A stretch of 62,328 nucleotides of DNA, filler included, from Chrysochromulina tobinii (GCA_001275005.1; 5 parts of 5 records of this genome joined end to end with filler, not necessarily neighbours in it), one strand, 5' to 3'. Counted from the whole stretch's first letter, positions 46,866 through 58,900 are shown. Notes: generated from the letters alone by a model not told the origin. Numbers and translations: made by a program.

Positions 46866-48411
46866 TCACCTCCGGAGCACCCTCGCCACATTCGCCGGCC
46901 CACTCACAAAAGGGTGCACGCGCGAGCCGTCGCCCGCGATCATGTGCGCCAGAGCCTTGCCAACGCCTGAGCACTGCGGCATGCCATGCCCGCAAAAGCC
47001 CGCGCCCACCCAGACGCGCTCGCGCACCGCGCCCACGAGCGGCCTCTTGTCGTGCGTGAACCCGAGCACGCCCGTCCACTCCGCCTCGATTTGAATCTCG
47101 CCCAAGCGCGGGAAGCTCGCGCGCAGAAAGCGGCGCAGGTAGGCGCCCACGACGGCGCTCAGCGTGCGGTCGTCCGTGCTGCCAACGGCCGCGCCCGGCT
47201 CGAGAGCGCGCGCACCGCCGAGGCAGAGCCGATTGTCGGGACGCCTGATGAGGAGGCCCATCAGCCGCAATCATTTCGCAATCATTTCGCAATCATGTCG
47301 CAATCAAGTCGCACTCAGCGGTACTCCGCGGCATTCAGTCGCACTCAAGCGCACTCAAGCGCACCGAGTCGCAATCAAGCGCAATCTAGCGCACTCAGTC
47401 GCACTCAGTCGCAATCAGTCGCACTCAGTCGCACCGGATCATGTACAGCTCGCGAGCACCCCGCTCTGAATCAATCGACATTCCCCCCACTGGCCACACG
47501 GCGGCCGCGGGCACAGGCGCCGTCATGAGCACCTGGTTGCGCACCGGGTACAAGTGCTCGCGCAGCTCGGGCAATATCTCGGCGGCCCAGCCGTTCGTAC
47601 ATACCACGACGGCGCGCGCCGTCACGGCGCCTCGGTCCGTAACCACCACCGCAAGAGGCGCGTCGTCGTGGTCGGCCACCGCCGCCGCGTTAGCCGCCGT
47701 GCCCGCCGCCGCCGCCGCCGCCGCGACGGCGCCGCCCGCGACATCGGCAGCGTCGCCGACGCGCAGCACGCGCACGGGGGCGAACAGCGCGGCGCCCGAG
47801 GCCCGCAGCAGCGCCGCCGCCACCTTCGCAGGGTACATTTGCTTGGCGCCCGCGTAGACGGTGGCTGCCGAGAAGGCAGGCGACTGGAGATTCTCTTCGC
47901 ACTGCGCGGCGTCCCACGCGGGTGTGTCACCCCAGTCCTCCTCCTCCTTGGCGAGCTCCGGGTCGCGGTCGGTGTCGTGGTACTCGACGTCCACCTCGGG
48001 CGCGCGGCGATCGAGAGCGGCGGCCCCGCCCGAAGTCAGATCGCATTCGATGCCCTCCGCTTCGATGAAGGCCACAAGGTCCGCCACCGTGTCGCACTCG
48101 AACTCGGAGCTCGGGTTGGCCCATAGATGGCCGCCGTTGCGACCCGTCGCGCCGCCGCACAGGCAGCGTGCGTCGAGGACGATGCTGCTCCTGCCGTAGA
48201 GCTTCTGGAGCCAATACGCGGTGGCACATCCCGTCATGCCCGCGCCCACGATGAGCACGTCGGCAGTCGTGGGCAGCGCGGTCGACGCCGGTGGCGCGAG
48301 GTCCGGGGGCAAGTGTTGCAGCCACCACGAGCTCGTCGCGTCGGCGGTGATGGCCGAGGTGGGCGTGGCAACGGGGTCAAGCATGCCGGCGCGTTCACAC
48401 TTCAACTTCAT
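46866..48411 (-). CDS. FAD-dependent oxidoreductase (DAO/PuuB-like), intron 47434-47245
   Basis: DVLIVGAGMTG, GATGRNGG, VVVCTNGW; exon 2 has WTGVLGFTHDKRPLVG and GFCGHGM. Confidence 0.92.
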
Positions 48412-48701
48412 TCATTCACAGCCAATGATTAGAATTCGACACCCAAGACACCGGACCATTCACACCACACCACAACGTGACACGTCACACAAACCGCTTC
48501 ATTCCAAAGCTCGCGATGTGAAACGCATTCACGACACACCAACGCGCTCACTACACACCATTAATTTCTGTCAAGTGCACACACGGCTGAGCCAGACGTA
48601 ACGAGGACCGAGGATGGCATGCTCACACAGTCAACGGTGCCCCCTCTTGGTTCAGCGACACACGGTCACGCAGGTGTCCGAGCTCGACTGGCATGCCCAG
48701 G

Positions 48702-50467
48702 TCATGCCTCATAGCTATCGTCGCCGTGATTGCCCGGGGAAACGTACGCTCTGTCGATCCCAAGATACTTATCGACCAGTCCCAAGATCGTGTTCATGGA
48801 ATCGGGCACCGTGAGCACCGTGCCAGGATGCGGGATGGAGTTGATCTTGCAGAGGTGCTCCTGCACACGATACACCATCACCTCCGAGTCCTCATCCGTA
48901 TCTTTAGCCCACTGATCTTTGTAACCGGGTAATTTGTCCTCAAATCGGATTGGAAGCACCGGAATACCCTTCCTGATGGCCGCGTTGATCTCCTTCAAAC
49001 ACGGCTTGGACTCGAATAATGCCGCAGTCAGTACGACAACGAGCACCTTGGCTGGTGCACGTCGCGAGTTCAGGCGCAGCATGAAGACTTCCCAATCGGT
49101 ACCCGGTGGAACGTGCAGCCCGCTGAAGCATCGCACGCCGCGCTCATGGAGGAGCCCGAGAATGCCCGCCGCATAATACATGCCCGGCCCGGCGCCGTCG
49201 CAGTCCCTCCCGGAACGGCGACCCGACGCGTACGAGATCACCACCTCGGGATAGAAGTCCTGGAACTGCACGCCCTCTGGCATGAATTTCGAGAGCACTC
49301 GGCTCTTCACGGTCTGCGTCATCTGCTCGGTGATCACGCCTGGCACTGCGAAGTATTCCTGGGCATTCCAGCTGTTCGGCAGTTGCGAGCGTGAAGCGCG
49401 CCGCTCTGGCGGCGCCGACCCCGCGGCCGGTGCATCAGACCGCAATCCCCACTGATAAAGCAATTGGAAAAGGCCCGCCTTCAGACCTTCCAGCTGGGCG
49501 GCCGGCTCGAAAGCCGACTCTGCAGCGGCCTTCTCGGCGGCGGCCTTCTCGGCACGCACGGCGTCCAACTCGCGACGAAGCGCCGCCGCCTCCTCCGCCG
49601 CCGACTTCAGAAGACGGAGGTCAGCCGCCGTCCTCTCCGCGGCGGCCTTCTCCGCAGCGGCCTTCTCAGCTGCGGCCTTCTCTGCGGCCGCCTTCTCATC
49701 AGATGCCCTCTTGGCCGCTACCGCCTTCTCAGCCGCCGCCTTCTCCGCAGCGGCCTTCTCAGCTGCGGCCTTCTCAGCTGAGGCCTTCTGCGCGGCCGCC
49801 CTCTCCGCGGCGGCCTTCTCAGCTGCGGCCGCCTTCTCGTCGGCTGCCCTCTTGGCCGCCGCCGCCTTCTCGGCCGCCGCCCTCTCGGCCGCCGCCCTCT
49901 CAGCCGCCGCCCTCTCGGCCGCCGCCCTCTCGGCCGCCGCCCTCTCGGCCGCCGCCCTCTCGGCCGCCGCCCTCTCGGCCACCGCCTTCTCCGCCGCGGC
50001 CTTCTCCGCCGCGGCCTTCTCAGCGGCGGCCTTCTCAGCGGTTGAAAGCGGCGGCGTCCAAGCGGTGCACTTGAGCTGCGGCTGCACAACCCAAGCAGAG
50101 CCCGTCCACGCCTTCCATGTCTTCGCGCTCACGTCGGGCGAAGCAGCAGCTGAGTCTTCGAGGTCTAGAAAGCCCTTGGTCTCACCAAGTAGCGACTGAG
50201 GCTGCCCCTTCCACCCAGCTCCAGCGAACGCAATCCAGAGAGTCGCATCGCTCGTGTGCTGATACGCGGGCCGGTCGTTGACAAGCTTGCTGCGGTCGAG
50301 AAGGTAGGTGCCGATGTATTTGGCCGGTTCGCCAGTCAGCGAGCCGCCCTCGAGCTTGAGTCCTGGCGGCGGCAGCTTTTCACCCCCGCCGAAGAGGGAC
50401 CTGGGCGGACCTCATGCTCAGCATTGGGTTCAACCCGGAGGACTTTCGGAGGCGACGGAACTTACAT
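48702..50467 (-). CDS. N-terminal beta domain + (AAAEK/R)n helical linker + TIR domain protein (~566 aa); ATG split by intron 50465-50401
   Basis: [11 protein letters not shown]...[30 protein letters not shown]. The frame is open upstream of the tracked ORF to 50400, and AT|GTAAGT...CCCAG|G reconstitutes ATG. Confidence 0.8.
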
Positions 50468-50569
50468 CAGCGTCGAAGTTCTGAAACCGACATGAAGAAA
50501 ATAGCTCACGCCCCGCCCCAGGCGTGTCCAGCTAAAAGGTCAGCCACGAATCGTCGTGTCTTCCCCGCG

Positions 50570-51421
50570 ATGTCCGTCGTGGCGACACTCGACGATGCGT
50601 CGTGGGCGGCCTTCCTCGAATACAAGAGGCAAGTAACCTCGCCACCGACGGATGCACCGCTGCGCTTCAAGGTCGGAGACGCTGTGCGCGCGCACGTGGG
50701 CCCGAACGAGTGGGCGGCGGCGTCAGTGGTCGGCCTGTGGTGGAGGCTGCCGGCGTGGCCGCCCAGCTTCTTCGCACCCTACCAGCTTCGGCTGGAGACG
50801 GATGGCTCGCTCATATTTGCAGCGGTTGACGCCGACACCTTCGTCATTGGCGCGAGCGGTCCGCCGCCAGAGGAGAGCGCCCTCGACCACGACCCCCAGA
50901 TGACTCTCGGCTGGCCAGCGGACGTCGCAACCAGGCTCGAGTGGGAGCAAAGTGGCTACACGCCCTTGCACGTTTGTTGCATGCCGCCGGCGGGGAATGA
51001 GATCATCGCCATGGAGAGCTGCCTGCGCAGCCTCCTGCGCAGGCCACTCCAGCACCCGGATCACAACCGGAATCGTGGCGCGGAGACGCCGCTACACACG
51101 GCCATCCGATACAGCCGGCTCGAATGCGTCAAGCTGCTGCTCGCCGCCGGCGCCAACCCACGTGCGCTCAACGGCCAGATGCAGACGGCGCTGCAGATGG
51201 CCGAGTTTTCGATGGAGGCCACGGAGGCGACGTTCCCGTGGTGTGGGCCGCAGGACAAGCTCTACATTTTGCTCTTGGCAAAGCGTGTCGCCGCCGAGCT
51301 GGGCGAGGAGGATGACGATGAGGAGGAGGAATGGGTGGATGTCGAGGAAGGCGAGGCCTCCAGCTCGAGGCCCGTCAAGACCATCCGAAAGGGCAGGCTC
51401 AACAAGCGAATGGCGAGCTGA
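50570..51421 (+). CDS. SH3-like barrel (LRFKVGDAV...APYQ) + ankyrin repeat protein
   Basis: LRFKVGDAVRAHVGPNEW...APYQLRLETDGSLIFA; ankyrin GYTPLHVCC and ETPLHTAIRYSRLECVKLLLAAGANP; acidic tail. Confidence 0.8.
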   Translation: MSVVATLDDASWAAFLEYKRQVTSPPTDAPLRFKVGDAVRAHVGPNEWAAASVVGLWWRLPAWPPSFFAPYQLRLETDGSLIFAAVDADTFVIGASGPPPEESALDHDPQMTLGWPADVATRLEWEQSGYTPLHVCCMPPAGNEIIAMESCLRSLLRRPLQHPDHNRNRGAETPLHTAIRYSRLECVKLLLAAGANPRALNGQMQTALQMAEFSMEATEATFPWCGPQDKLYILLLAKRVAAELGEEDDDEEEEWVDVEEGEASSSRPVKTIRKGRLNKRMAS

Positions 51422-52079
51422 AGAGAGCATCGCCTATGCGCTCGCCATGGCGCTCGACGTCGACCGGTCGGTATAGCCTTTACGGTCGCGGGGCCGCCCT
51501 ACCGGCTAGAGCGCAGGCGTCGGTGATCTCTGTACTCTGATGTCTTCACTGTATGAGATTTTATGAGATAACACGTTTTACGTGTACAACCATCAACCTG
51601 TACGCAAAACAATGTAACAGTTCAAATTAGTTCAAAACAATGCGAACAGTTCGAATCCATGTGCGAATCGTTCCACGTTCGAAACTCACCCCCGGAATGC
51701 ACCGCGCCCGGCGGGAGCCCGGGACCCCATGCCCATCCGACACCTCGCCTGAGAGAGAAGAGACCGCGCGCGCCTCGAGCCTCGTCCTCCCAGTGCCCTC
51801 GAGGCGTCACGGACTCGGCCCTGCCACAAGGCGCCAGCTCTCTATAGTCCCTAATCGAGTTAATCGAGCTCCGCACGCAGATTCGAGACTCTGGTCTCCG
51901 AGATCGAGCGAGGTCAAAGCCATTCGAGTTTCGTCAGAGCCACTCGGGCGTCCAGCCGTTGCAGGCCGCAGTGCCACACGCGCATGTCGTCCGGCCGCGC
52001 TGTGAGCAACGGCAGATGTCCGAGATACCGCCCGAGATACCGCCCGAGATACTAACCCGAGATAATGCCCGAGATACGC

Positions 52080-53213
52080 TCAGGTCGTCAGGCCGCGCGT
52101 GAGCAACGGCGCCGCGATCGGCGAAGGACGCTGTGCTGGGCGCTGGGCGGGCCTGGCCCGGAGCCGCGCGCTCAGGACGGCGCGCTCGCCAAACCACATC
52201 GCGGCTGCCTCCTCGTTCACCGGCGCCACGTCGAACGCCGGGCGCTGCAGCAGCCCCGCGACGGCTCGCAACTGCTCCGAGACCAAAGCGACTGAGGAGC
52301 ACCGGCGAGCGAGCGCGCGGACGCTCACCTCACCTGTGGTCGCATCGACATTCGGGTGGAAGAGACCGACGGGCTGGCGCACGCGGATCCGTGGCAGCCC
52401 CTCGTGCGCCTCTGTGGGGAACTTGCCGCCCTCGTCGTCCTCGGTGCCGTGGGAGGTGCCATGGGAGGTGTCGGGCGCACTGCCATCAGCACTGCCATCC
52501 GCCGGATAGCGCATCGCGAGCTCGATCTCGAGGCCAGATACAGCCGAGCCATCGTTGGCGCAGGCGAGGCGCGCGCTCCAGCGGCTCCAGTCGCCTGGCG
52601 AGACTGGGCACGCCTGCAGCCCCTCACTCCCGCTCAGCATCAGCTGTTTGAGGCCCTCGCGCAGCCTGGCCACCGTGCACGCTGCCATGATCGGCCGGCT
52701 GGCCTTCGAGGCCTCCTCGCCGTCGACATTCGACTGGAGCCGGCGCAGCGCCGGACGACGACGCGGCGGCGATCCGTCCTTGTCGTTCTCGGCCTCACTC
52801 TCGGGCGACCACGACGAGCTCTGCGCAATTGGCGGAGGCTTCCGCATGACAGTCCTGGGCGTGAGCGGCGGTGCCGCTCCGCTGCTGCGCCGCCGGCGAG
52901 GCGTGGGCATCGCCAGGCTCCAGCGCGCGCAGACTGTGCGTTGGGCAAACGTGCGACGTGGATCACGCAGGCCATTGGCCTCGGCCGTTGTCATGCCGAA
53001 GTGCTGCGCCAGCAGCGAGGCCCACAGCCGCCCGTCGGAGAGCTGCGCAGCGCATTCCTTGGAGCACGAGGCGAGCGCAGCGAGCGCTGACGGATCGATG
53101 AGCTCGCTCAGATGAGGGGCGATGCCTCCGACCGCGAGCACGTCGAGCAGCGTGCACGGTGAGGCGTCGTCGAGCGCGAGAAGGAGCGGAGCGTCTTCTT
53201 CACCCGACGCCAT
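52080..53213 (-). CDS. F-box-like + UBC-fold (E2 variant) protein
   Basis: LIDPSALAALASCSKECAAQLSDGRLWASL is F-box-like; RLREGLKQL..WSARL..LPRIRV..FHPNVDATTGEVSV has Ser at the usual catalytic Cys position. Confidence 0.75.
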   Translation of the reverse strand: MASGEEDAPLLLALDDASPCTLLDVLAVGGIAPHLSELIDPSALAALASCSKECAAQLSDGRLWASLLAQHFGMTTAEANGLRDPRRTFAQRTVCARWSLAMPTPRRRRSSGAAPPLTPRTVMRKPPPIAQSSSWSPESEAENDKDGSPPRRRPALRRLQSNVDGEEASKASRPIMAACTVARLREGLKQLMLSGSEGLQACPVSPGDWSRWSARLACANDGSAVSGLEIELAMRYPADGSADGSAPDTSHGTSHGTEDDEGGKFPTEAHEGLPRIRVRQPVGLFHPNVDATTGEVSVRALARRCSSVALVSEQLRAVAGLLQRPAFDVAPVNEEAAAMWFGERAVLSARLRARPAQRPAQRPSPIAAPLLTRGLTT

Positions 53214-53404
53214 TTCAAACAAAGGGCCTTTCTGGGACAACTTTGCCACAGAGGCCGCGCTGGGCGCGGGGTGCCGCGCCGCGCCCAGGGAAGCTGGAAC
53301 GTTTCTTTCGCTGCAAGCGCAAAAAGGAACTTGCCATGTTTGGATCAGTTCGATTGATAATTTCGTCGCACTCGGCTCCCTCGGTCTCTCCCCTCGCGGA
53401 ACCC

Positions 53405-53986
53405 ATGGCCTTCCAAGGGCGTCGCTTTCACGACTCGATGCCGTTCGCGGACTCGTCCTCGCAGGACATGGACTTCTGGCGCCAGCGATGCGCGCTCGAG
53501 ACGCGAAGGTGCGCCACGCCCTCGCAGTACGCCGCCGGCAAGCTAGAGTCACTTCCATCGAACCCCTTCAAGGACTCGGCGGGCATGCTCTACGGGCGCG
53601 GCGTCAGCCCGCGCACGGACGCGACGCCCATGGGCAGCATCAACCCCTACCTCAGCGCGTATCGCGCCGTCGTGCCGTCGTCCCCTACGTACGCTCACGC
53701 CAATAAGTCGCCGTTCGCTCCCCAAGGGATGCCGCACGCGTACTGGCAGATCCCGCGGACGGCGCCCGGCGTCCCTATGGGCGGCCTGAATAGCACGCCC
53801 GAGGAGCGTGCTGCCCGCGGCGCCGCGCGACTGAAGTCCTATGAACCGCCGCCCACCCGCGCGCCCGTCGCCTACGAAAGGTCGCTCTTCTATGAGCAGC
53901 CGCACCAGCGCATCGCCGCGCCGATCCGGCTGGGGAAGCCTCGCGCCAGCCTCGACGCGCGCATGTATGCGTCGAGCCCGGGCTGA
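53405..53986 (+). CDS. Hypothetical Pro/Ser-rich protein, divergent from the F-box-UBC gene
   Basis: ORF MAFQGRRFHDS...DFWRQRCALETRR with GC-rich third codon positions. Confidence 0.5.
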   Translation: MAFQGRRFHDSMPFADSSSQDMDFWRQRCALETRRCATPSQYAAGKLESLPSNPFKDSAGMLYGRGVSPRTDATPMGSINPYLSAYRAVVPSSPTYAHANKSPFAPQGMPHAYWQIPRTAPGVPMGGLNSTPEERAARGAARLKSYEPPPTRAPVAYERSLFYEQPHQRIAAPIRLGKPRASLDARMYASSPG

Positions 53987-54271
53987 AGAGCACGCTCGGC
54001 GGGTGGAGGGGCGAGGGGGCGCTACGAACAACGCTTCCCATTCGTACGCGACCCCCCTCGTGGTGTATCATTGGGTTACAATGTATTGGTTAGGGGGACC
54101 CCGCCGCTCAGCGGCGGCACAGCGGCGGAACTACGCTGGACCGGATGCGCATCTCTTGAAGCAGGTGTCATCTCGCAGGTGTCCTGACATGGGGCGGCCG
54201 ATCTACGCTGGACCGGATATGCGGAATGCGCATCTCTTGAAAAGCGAGTAGGTGTCGCCCATCGTCATTGG

Positions 54272-54273
<2 letters not shown>

Positions 54274-54308
<35 letters not shown>
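54274..54308. repeat. (GA)n microsatellite at contig end
   Basis: About 17 GA units. Confidence 0.95.
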
Positions 54309-54309
<1 letters not shown>

Positions 54310-54409
54310 NNNNNNNNNNNNNNNNNNNNNNNNNNNNNNNNNNNNNNNNNNNNTTAATTAATTAANNNNNNNNNNNNNNNNNNNNNNNNNNNNNNNNNNN
54401 NNNNNNNNN
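54310..54409. other. Assembly linker
   Basis: Same 100-bp N/TTAATTAATTAA/N block. Confidence 0.98.
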
Positions 54410-55311
54410 TTGAGCGCGCGCAGCGTCGGCACGTCGGCGTCCGCAAGGGCGTCCTCGAGGGCGTCCTCGTTGACGAGCTGAGTCGAGAGCCAGCACACTG
54501 GTGGTGTGGGTGCGTCGGACGCTCGCGGTGCGGTGGCGTCGTCCTGAGTGTCTTGCGTGTACAGCGGCTCCTCCGTCGCCGCCTGCCGCTCCGCCTCGGT
54601 GGGGAAGTCGCTCACGACGCCCAGCAGCCGCCCGAGCTCCGGGCCACTCTTGCCAGCGAGGTGGCCGGTGCACAGGGTGCGCGAGAGGAGGCGGAGAAGC
54701 TCGACGTCCACGTCGAGAAAGTGCGCGCCATGCAACAGCTGCGCGAGCTGCGCGAGCGAGCACCCCTCCAGCGCCCTGCCATCCTCCGCACCGCCCTCGG
54801 CGACGCGCGAGAGCGTGCGGAGCGCAGCCGCAGGCACCAGAGTGGCGAACGCCCCGTCGGTGCCGCCTGTGTCGCTCACCCAGTTGGCGAGCGTGGCCGA
54901 TCGCGCCGCGGCCGAACGGGACCAAGCGACCTCCTCGCCCTCGGCGCTTCGCACCCTCACATCGCCGTCGTCGCCGTCGCCGCCGATGACGTCGCCGCCG
55001 CCGCTGTCACCGCCGCCGCTGACCCGACGATCCATCATGGTTCTGGAAGACCGTTCAAATCGAGAGAGCTTGGCAAACTTCACCATGACGCCTTCGAGCG
55101 CCAGGACGTCGCACTCCTGGATCCGCGACACCTCTTCCTGTCTAAGCACACGCACCGAGGAGCCACCCCGCGCAGACGCTGCCGTCTGATGTGCCCGGAT
55201 GGTTGCCGCCTCGCCAAAGCCCTTGCAGCTGTCGACCGTCATGGCCTCCCATCCATTCGCGTCGGAGGGCACGAAGATGGTTGCTCCGGGCGCATACTGT
55301 ACCTCCGCCAT
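54410..55311 (-). CDS. Skp1-like (POZ + C-terminal region) + start of F-box-like motif, preceded by a myosin-N SH3-like fragment; truncated by the gap
   Basis: VRVRSAEGEEV..AAARSATLANWV (Skp1 POZ-like); LAQLLHGAHFLDV..LAGKSGPELGRLLGVVSDF; EDALEDALADADVPTLRAL parallels ADAMEAALGLVDVATLAEL of the 20702-22582 gene. Confidence 0.7.
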
Positions 55312-55942
55312 CACCGTTTCGTGAGAAGTGAGAGCCGGGGAAGCGCGTGGCCGTCGCTGCAAGCGGGCACACAACTTTAGCGAGCGAGGCGGCCCTCTTT
55401 GCGAGCCTCAAGTCCAGAAAGCGAGCGCGCGTCTTGCAGACAGCGAGCTCAAACTTCGAGCCGCCGGGGTGAAATGCGCCCCAGCTCCTTTACAGCTGCT
55501 AGCTAGTATGTGACCAAATTACACCCGACTGTGAAATCATACGCCCTGCGAAATCTTAGAAATCACACCCCTTCAGCCCTTCTTTACCCCCTGTGAGTTT
55601 CGCCCGCGCGGCATGGCAGCGCGCGTACACCCGCCACGTCCTCTTCCCCCAAAACACAGCCTGATAACCACATGCCTCGCTCCTTCACTGCTCGCTGTCG
55701 CAGAACAAGCTCAAGCATAAGCGCCGATCAGACCAACGGTGAGGCGCTGCCGCGCGTCCCACACTGCTACGGCTGCCCCACTGCCCCACTCCCTATATAT
55801 AGATAGTTGGTGCCTTCTCGGGAACCGCAATCTCCGGCACAGAGCCGTTTCACACGTTTCACACTTTTTAGAGTTTCCTGTGCGCACTTTCACGGCTCTC
55901 TCTTCTGCCCCGACTCGCCGGCCGTCATCGTCGGGCGACGCC

Positions 55943-58900
55943 ATGCCTCCTGGTCGACTCTGGCTTGTGGTGCTGGCGATTCGCGTGCATGGTGTGCACT
56001 CTGCACCAAACCCCACGTCGGCTCTGAAAGGTGAACGCCCAACGCCTCGCGCACACGTGCTCATGCAAAGCCCCGCTTGGCCCTGCGCCGGCACCGCCCC
56101 GCCTCCGGCACTCGGAGCGTGCAGGCCGCGGGCCGAGCCCGGAGAGCAGCGACTGCTCCATGCGCCTCGACTGTCCATCTGCCATGACAGCGCGCGACGC
56201 ATCGAGGGAGCCCTCTCGCCGTGCCGCCACCCCCAAAGATGGAGTCTCCCCGCTATCCTCGCCCACGGGCTCACCTTGCCGTGCCGTGTGCGCCCGTGCG
56301 TGTGTCTCTCGTGCGCGCAGCAGCGTCTGGAGAAGGTGCTCCGCCGCTTTCGCCGCCGCCACCACCGCCGCCTCCGCCGCCTCCGCCTCCGCCTCCTCCG
56401 CCGCCGCCACCGCCGCCATCGCCACCACCCACACCCCCCTCGATCCTCTCTCCTGCATCCGAGCGATTGACGCCGCCACCGCTGCTGCCCTCCTCCTCGC
56501 CACCAACTCCTGCAGACGAGCTTCACGGAAAGCGTCGGCTATTCGTACATCTTCACTTACCGTCCAGTCGCTCACCGCCTCCGCCGCTGCCGCCCCCGCC
56601 ATCGCCGCCTTCGCCGCCTTCGCCGCCGCCGCTGCCGCCCCTGCCGCCACTGCCGCCGCCGCTGTCGCCGCCACCGCCCCTGCCGCCACTGCCGCCGCCG
56701 CTGTCGCCGCCACCGCCCCTGCCGCCGGCGCTGCCAGTGCACACGTCGGCGGAGCTGCGCAACGCGATCACCTCGGGCACGGCGAGCGCCCTCTTGCTCG
56801 ACGGCGACACGCCGTTCGTGTTTGACACCTCCATCGCCACCGCCGTTGGGCCGACGGCGCTGCTCTTCAACCGCTCGGTGGTCCTCGTGGCCCCGGTGGG
56901 CAGAGTCGCCGTGCTCGATGCAAACGCGAATGCCACCAACCCGCGGCGCGTGCTCACCATCGTCGGCGCCGGCGTCGTCGTCGAGCTGCGCGGCGTGGAG
57001 CTCACAGGCGGCTTCTCCACCGAGTGGGGCGGCGGCGCGCGCGTCGAGGCCGGGTCCGAGCTGCGGCTCGTGCAGAGCGCGGTGCGCGGCTGCGTGGTGC
57101 GCACAGCGGGGACGGTGGCCGCGAGGGGCGGCGGCGTGCTCGTGAGTAGCGGCGCGAGGCTCACGGCGCTCGGCGGCTCGCGCGTGAGCAACAACACCGC
57201 CGTCTCTGTGAACGGGTACGCGTATGGCGGCGGGCTGCAGATCGGCAAGGGCGGCACGGCCGTGCTCTCGGCGAGCGCCGTTGAAGGCAACACCGCGCGC
57301 GCCGAGGGCAGCGGCAACGCCTACGGCGGCGGCGTGTACACTGACGGCAACCTCACCGCGAGCGATGGCGCGTCCATCTCGAGCAACACCGCCGTCTCCG
57401 TGAACGGGAACGCGCAGGGCGGCGGGCTGCTCATCATCACCGGCGGCACGGTCGTGCTCTTGACGAGCGCTGTCGACGGCAACACCGCGCGCGCCGAGGG
57501 CAGCGGCGGCGCCTACGGCGGCGGCGTGCTCACCGTCGGCACCCTCATCGCGAGCGACGGCACGTCCATCTCAAACAACACCGCCGTCTCTGTGAACGGG
57601 GGAGCGATCGGCGGCGGGCTGCTCATCTACCCCGGTGGCACGGCCGTGCTCTCGGCGAGCGCTGTCGACGGCAACACCGCGCGCGCCGAGGGCAGCGGCA
57701 ACGTATACGGCGGCGGTGTGCTCACCGTCGGCGCCCTCACCGCGCGCGACGGCGCGTCCATCTCGAGCAACACCGCCGTCTCTGTGAATGGGCAGGTGCA
57801 GGGCGGCGGGCTGCAGATCAACCCCGGCGGCACGGTCGTACTCTCGGCAAGCGCCGTCGACGGCAACACCGCGCGGGCCGAGGGCAGCAGCACCGCCTAC
57901 GGTGGCGGCGTGGTCACCGGCGGCGCCCTCACCGCGCGCGACGGCGCGTCCATCTCGAGCAACGCCGCCGTCTCCGTGAACGGGCAGGTGCAGGCCGGCG
58001 GGCTGCAGATCATCAACGGCGGCACGGCCGTGCTCTCGGCGAGCGCCGTCAACGGCAACACCGCGCGTTCAGAGGGCAGCGGCATCGTCAAAGGCGGTGG
58101 CGTGTACGCCGACGGCAACCTCACCGCGCGCGATGGTGCGTCCATCTCAAGCAACACCGCAGTCTCCGTGTCTGGGTACGCGTTCAGTGGCGGGCTGCAG
58201 ATCAGCACCGGCGGCACGGTCGTGCTCTTGGCGAGCGCGGTGGACGGCAACACCGCGCGCGCCGAGGGCAGCGGCAACGCCTATGGCGGCGGCGTGGTCA
58301 CCGGCGGCGCCCTCACCGCGCGCGACGGCGCGTCCATCTCAAACAACACCGCCGTCTCCGTGAACGGGTACGCGGTGGCCGGCGGGCTGGAGATCGGCGA
58401 GGGCGGCACGGTCGTGCTCTCGGCGAGCGTCGTCGACGGCAACACCGCGCGCGCCGAGGGCAGCGGCGACGCCTACGGCGGCGGCGTGGACACCGACTAC
58501 GGCGCCCTCACCGTGCGCGACGGCACGTCAATCTCGCACAACACCGCCGTCTCCGCGAACGGTTGGGCGCATGGCGGCGGGCTGGCGATCGGCGAGGGCG
58601 GCACGGCCGTGCTCTCGGCGAGCGCCGTTGAAGGCAACACCGCGCGCGCCGAGGGCAGCGGCACCGCCTTCGGCGGCGGCGTGGACACCGACGGCGTCCT
58701 CACCGCGAGCAATGGCGCGTCCATCTCGAGCAACGCCGCCGTCTCCGTGAAGGGGGAAGCGATCGGCGGTGGGCTGCAGATTGATAGCGGCGGCACGGTC
58801 GTACTCTCGGCGAGCGCCGTCGACGGCAACACCGCGCGCGCCGAGGGCAGCGGCAACGTCTACGGCGGCGGCGTGTTTGCCACAGGCACCCTCGCCGCGA

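Noticed and set aside
18256..54409. TTAATTAATTAA palindrome recurring four times
   Set aside because: It is always centred in an exactly 100-bp N block, so it is an artificial contig linker and not biology.
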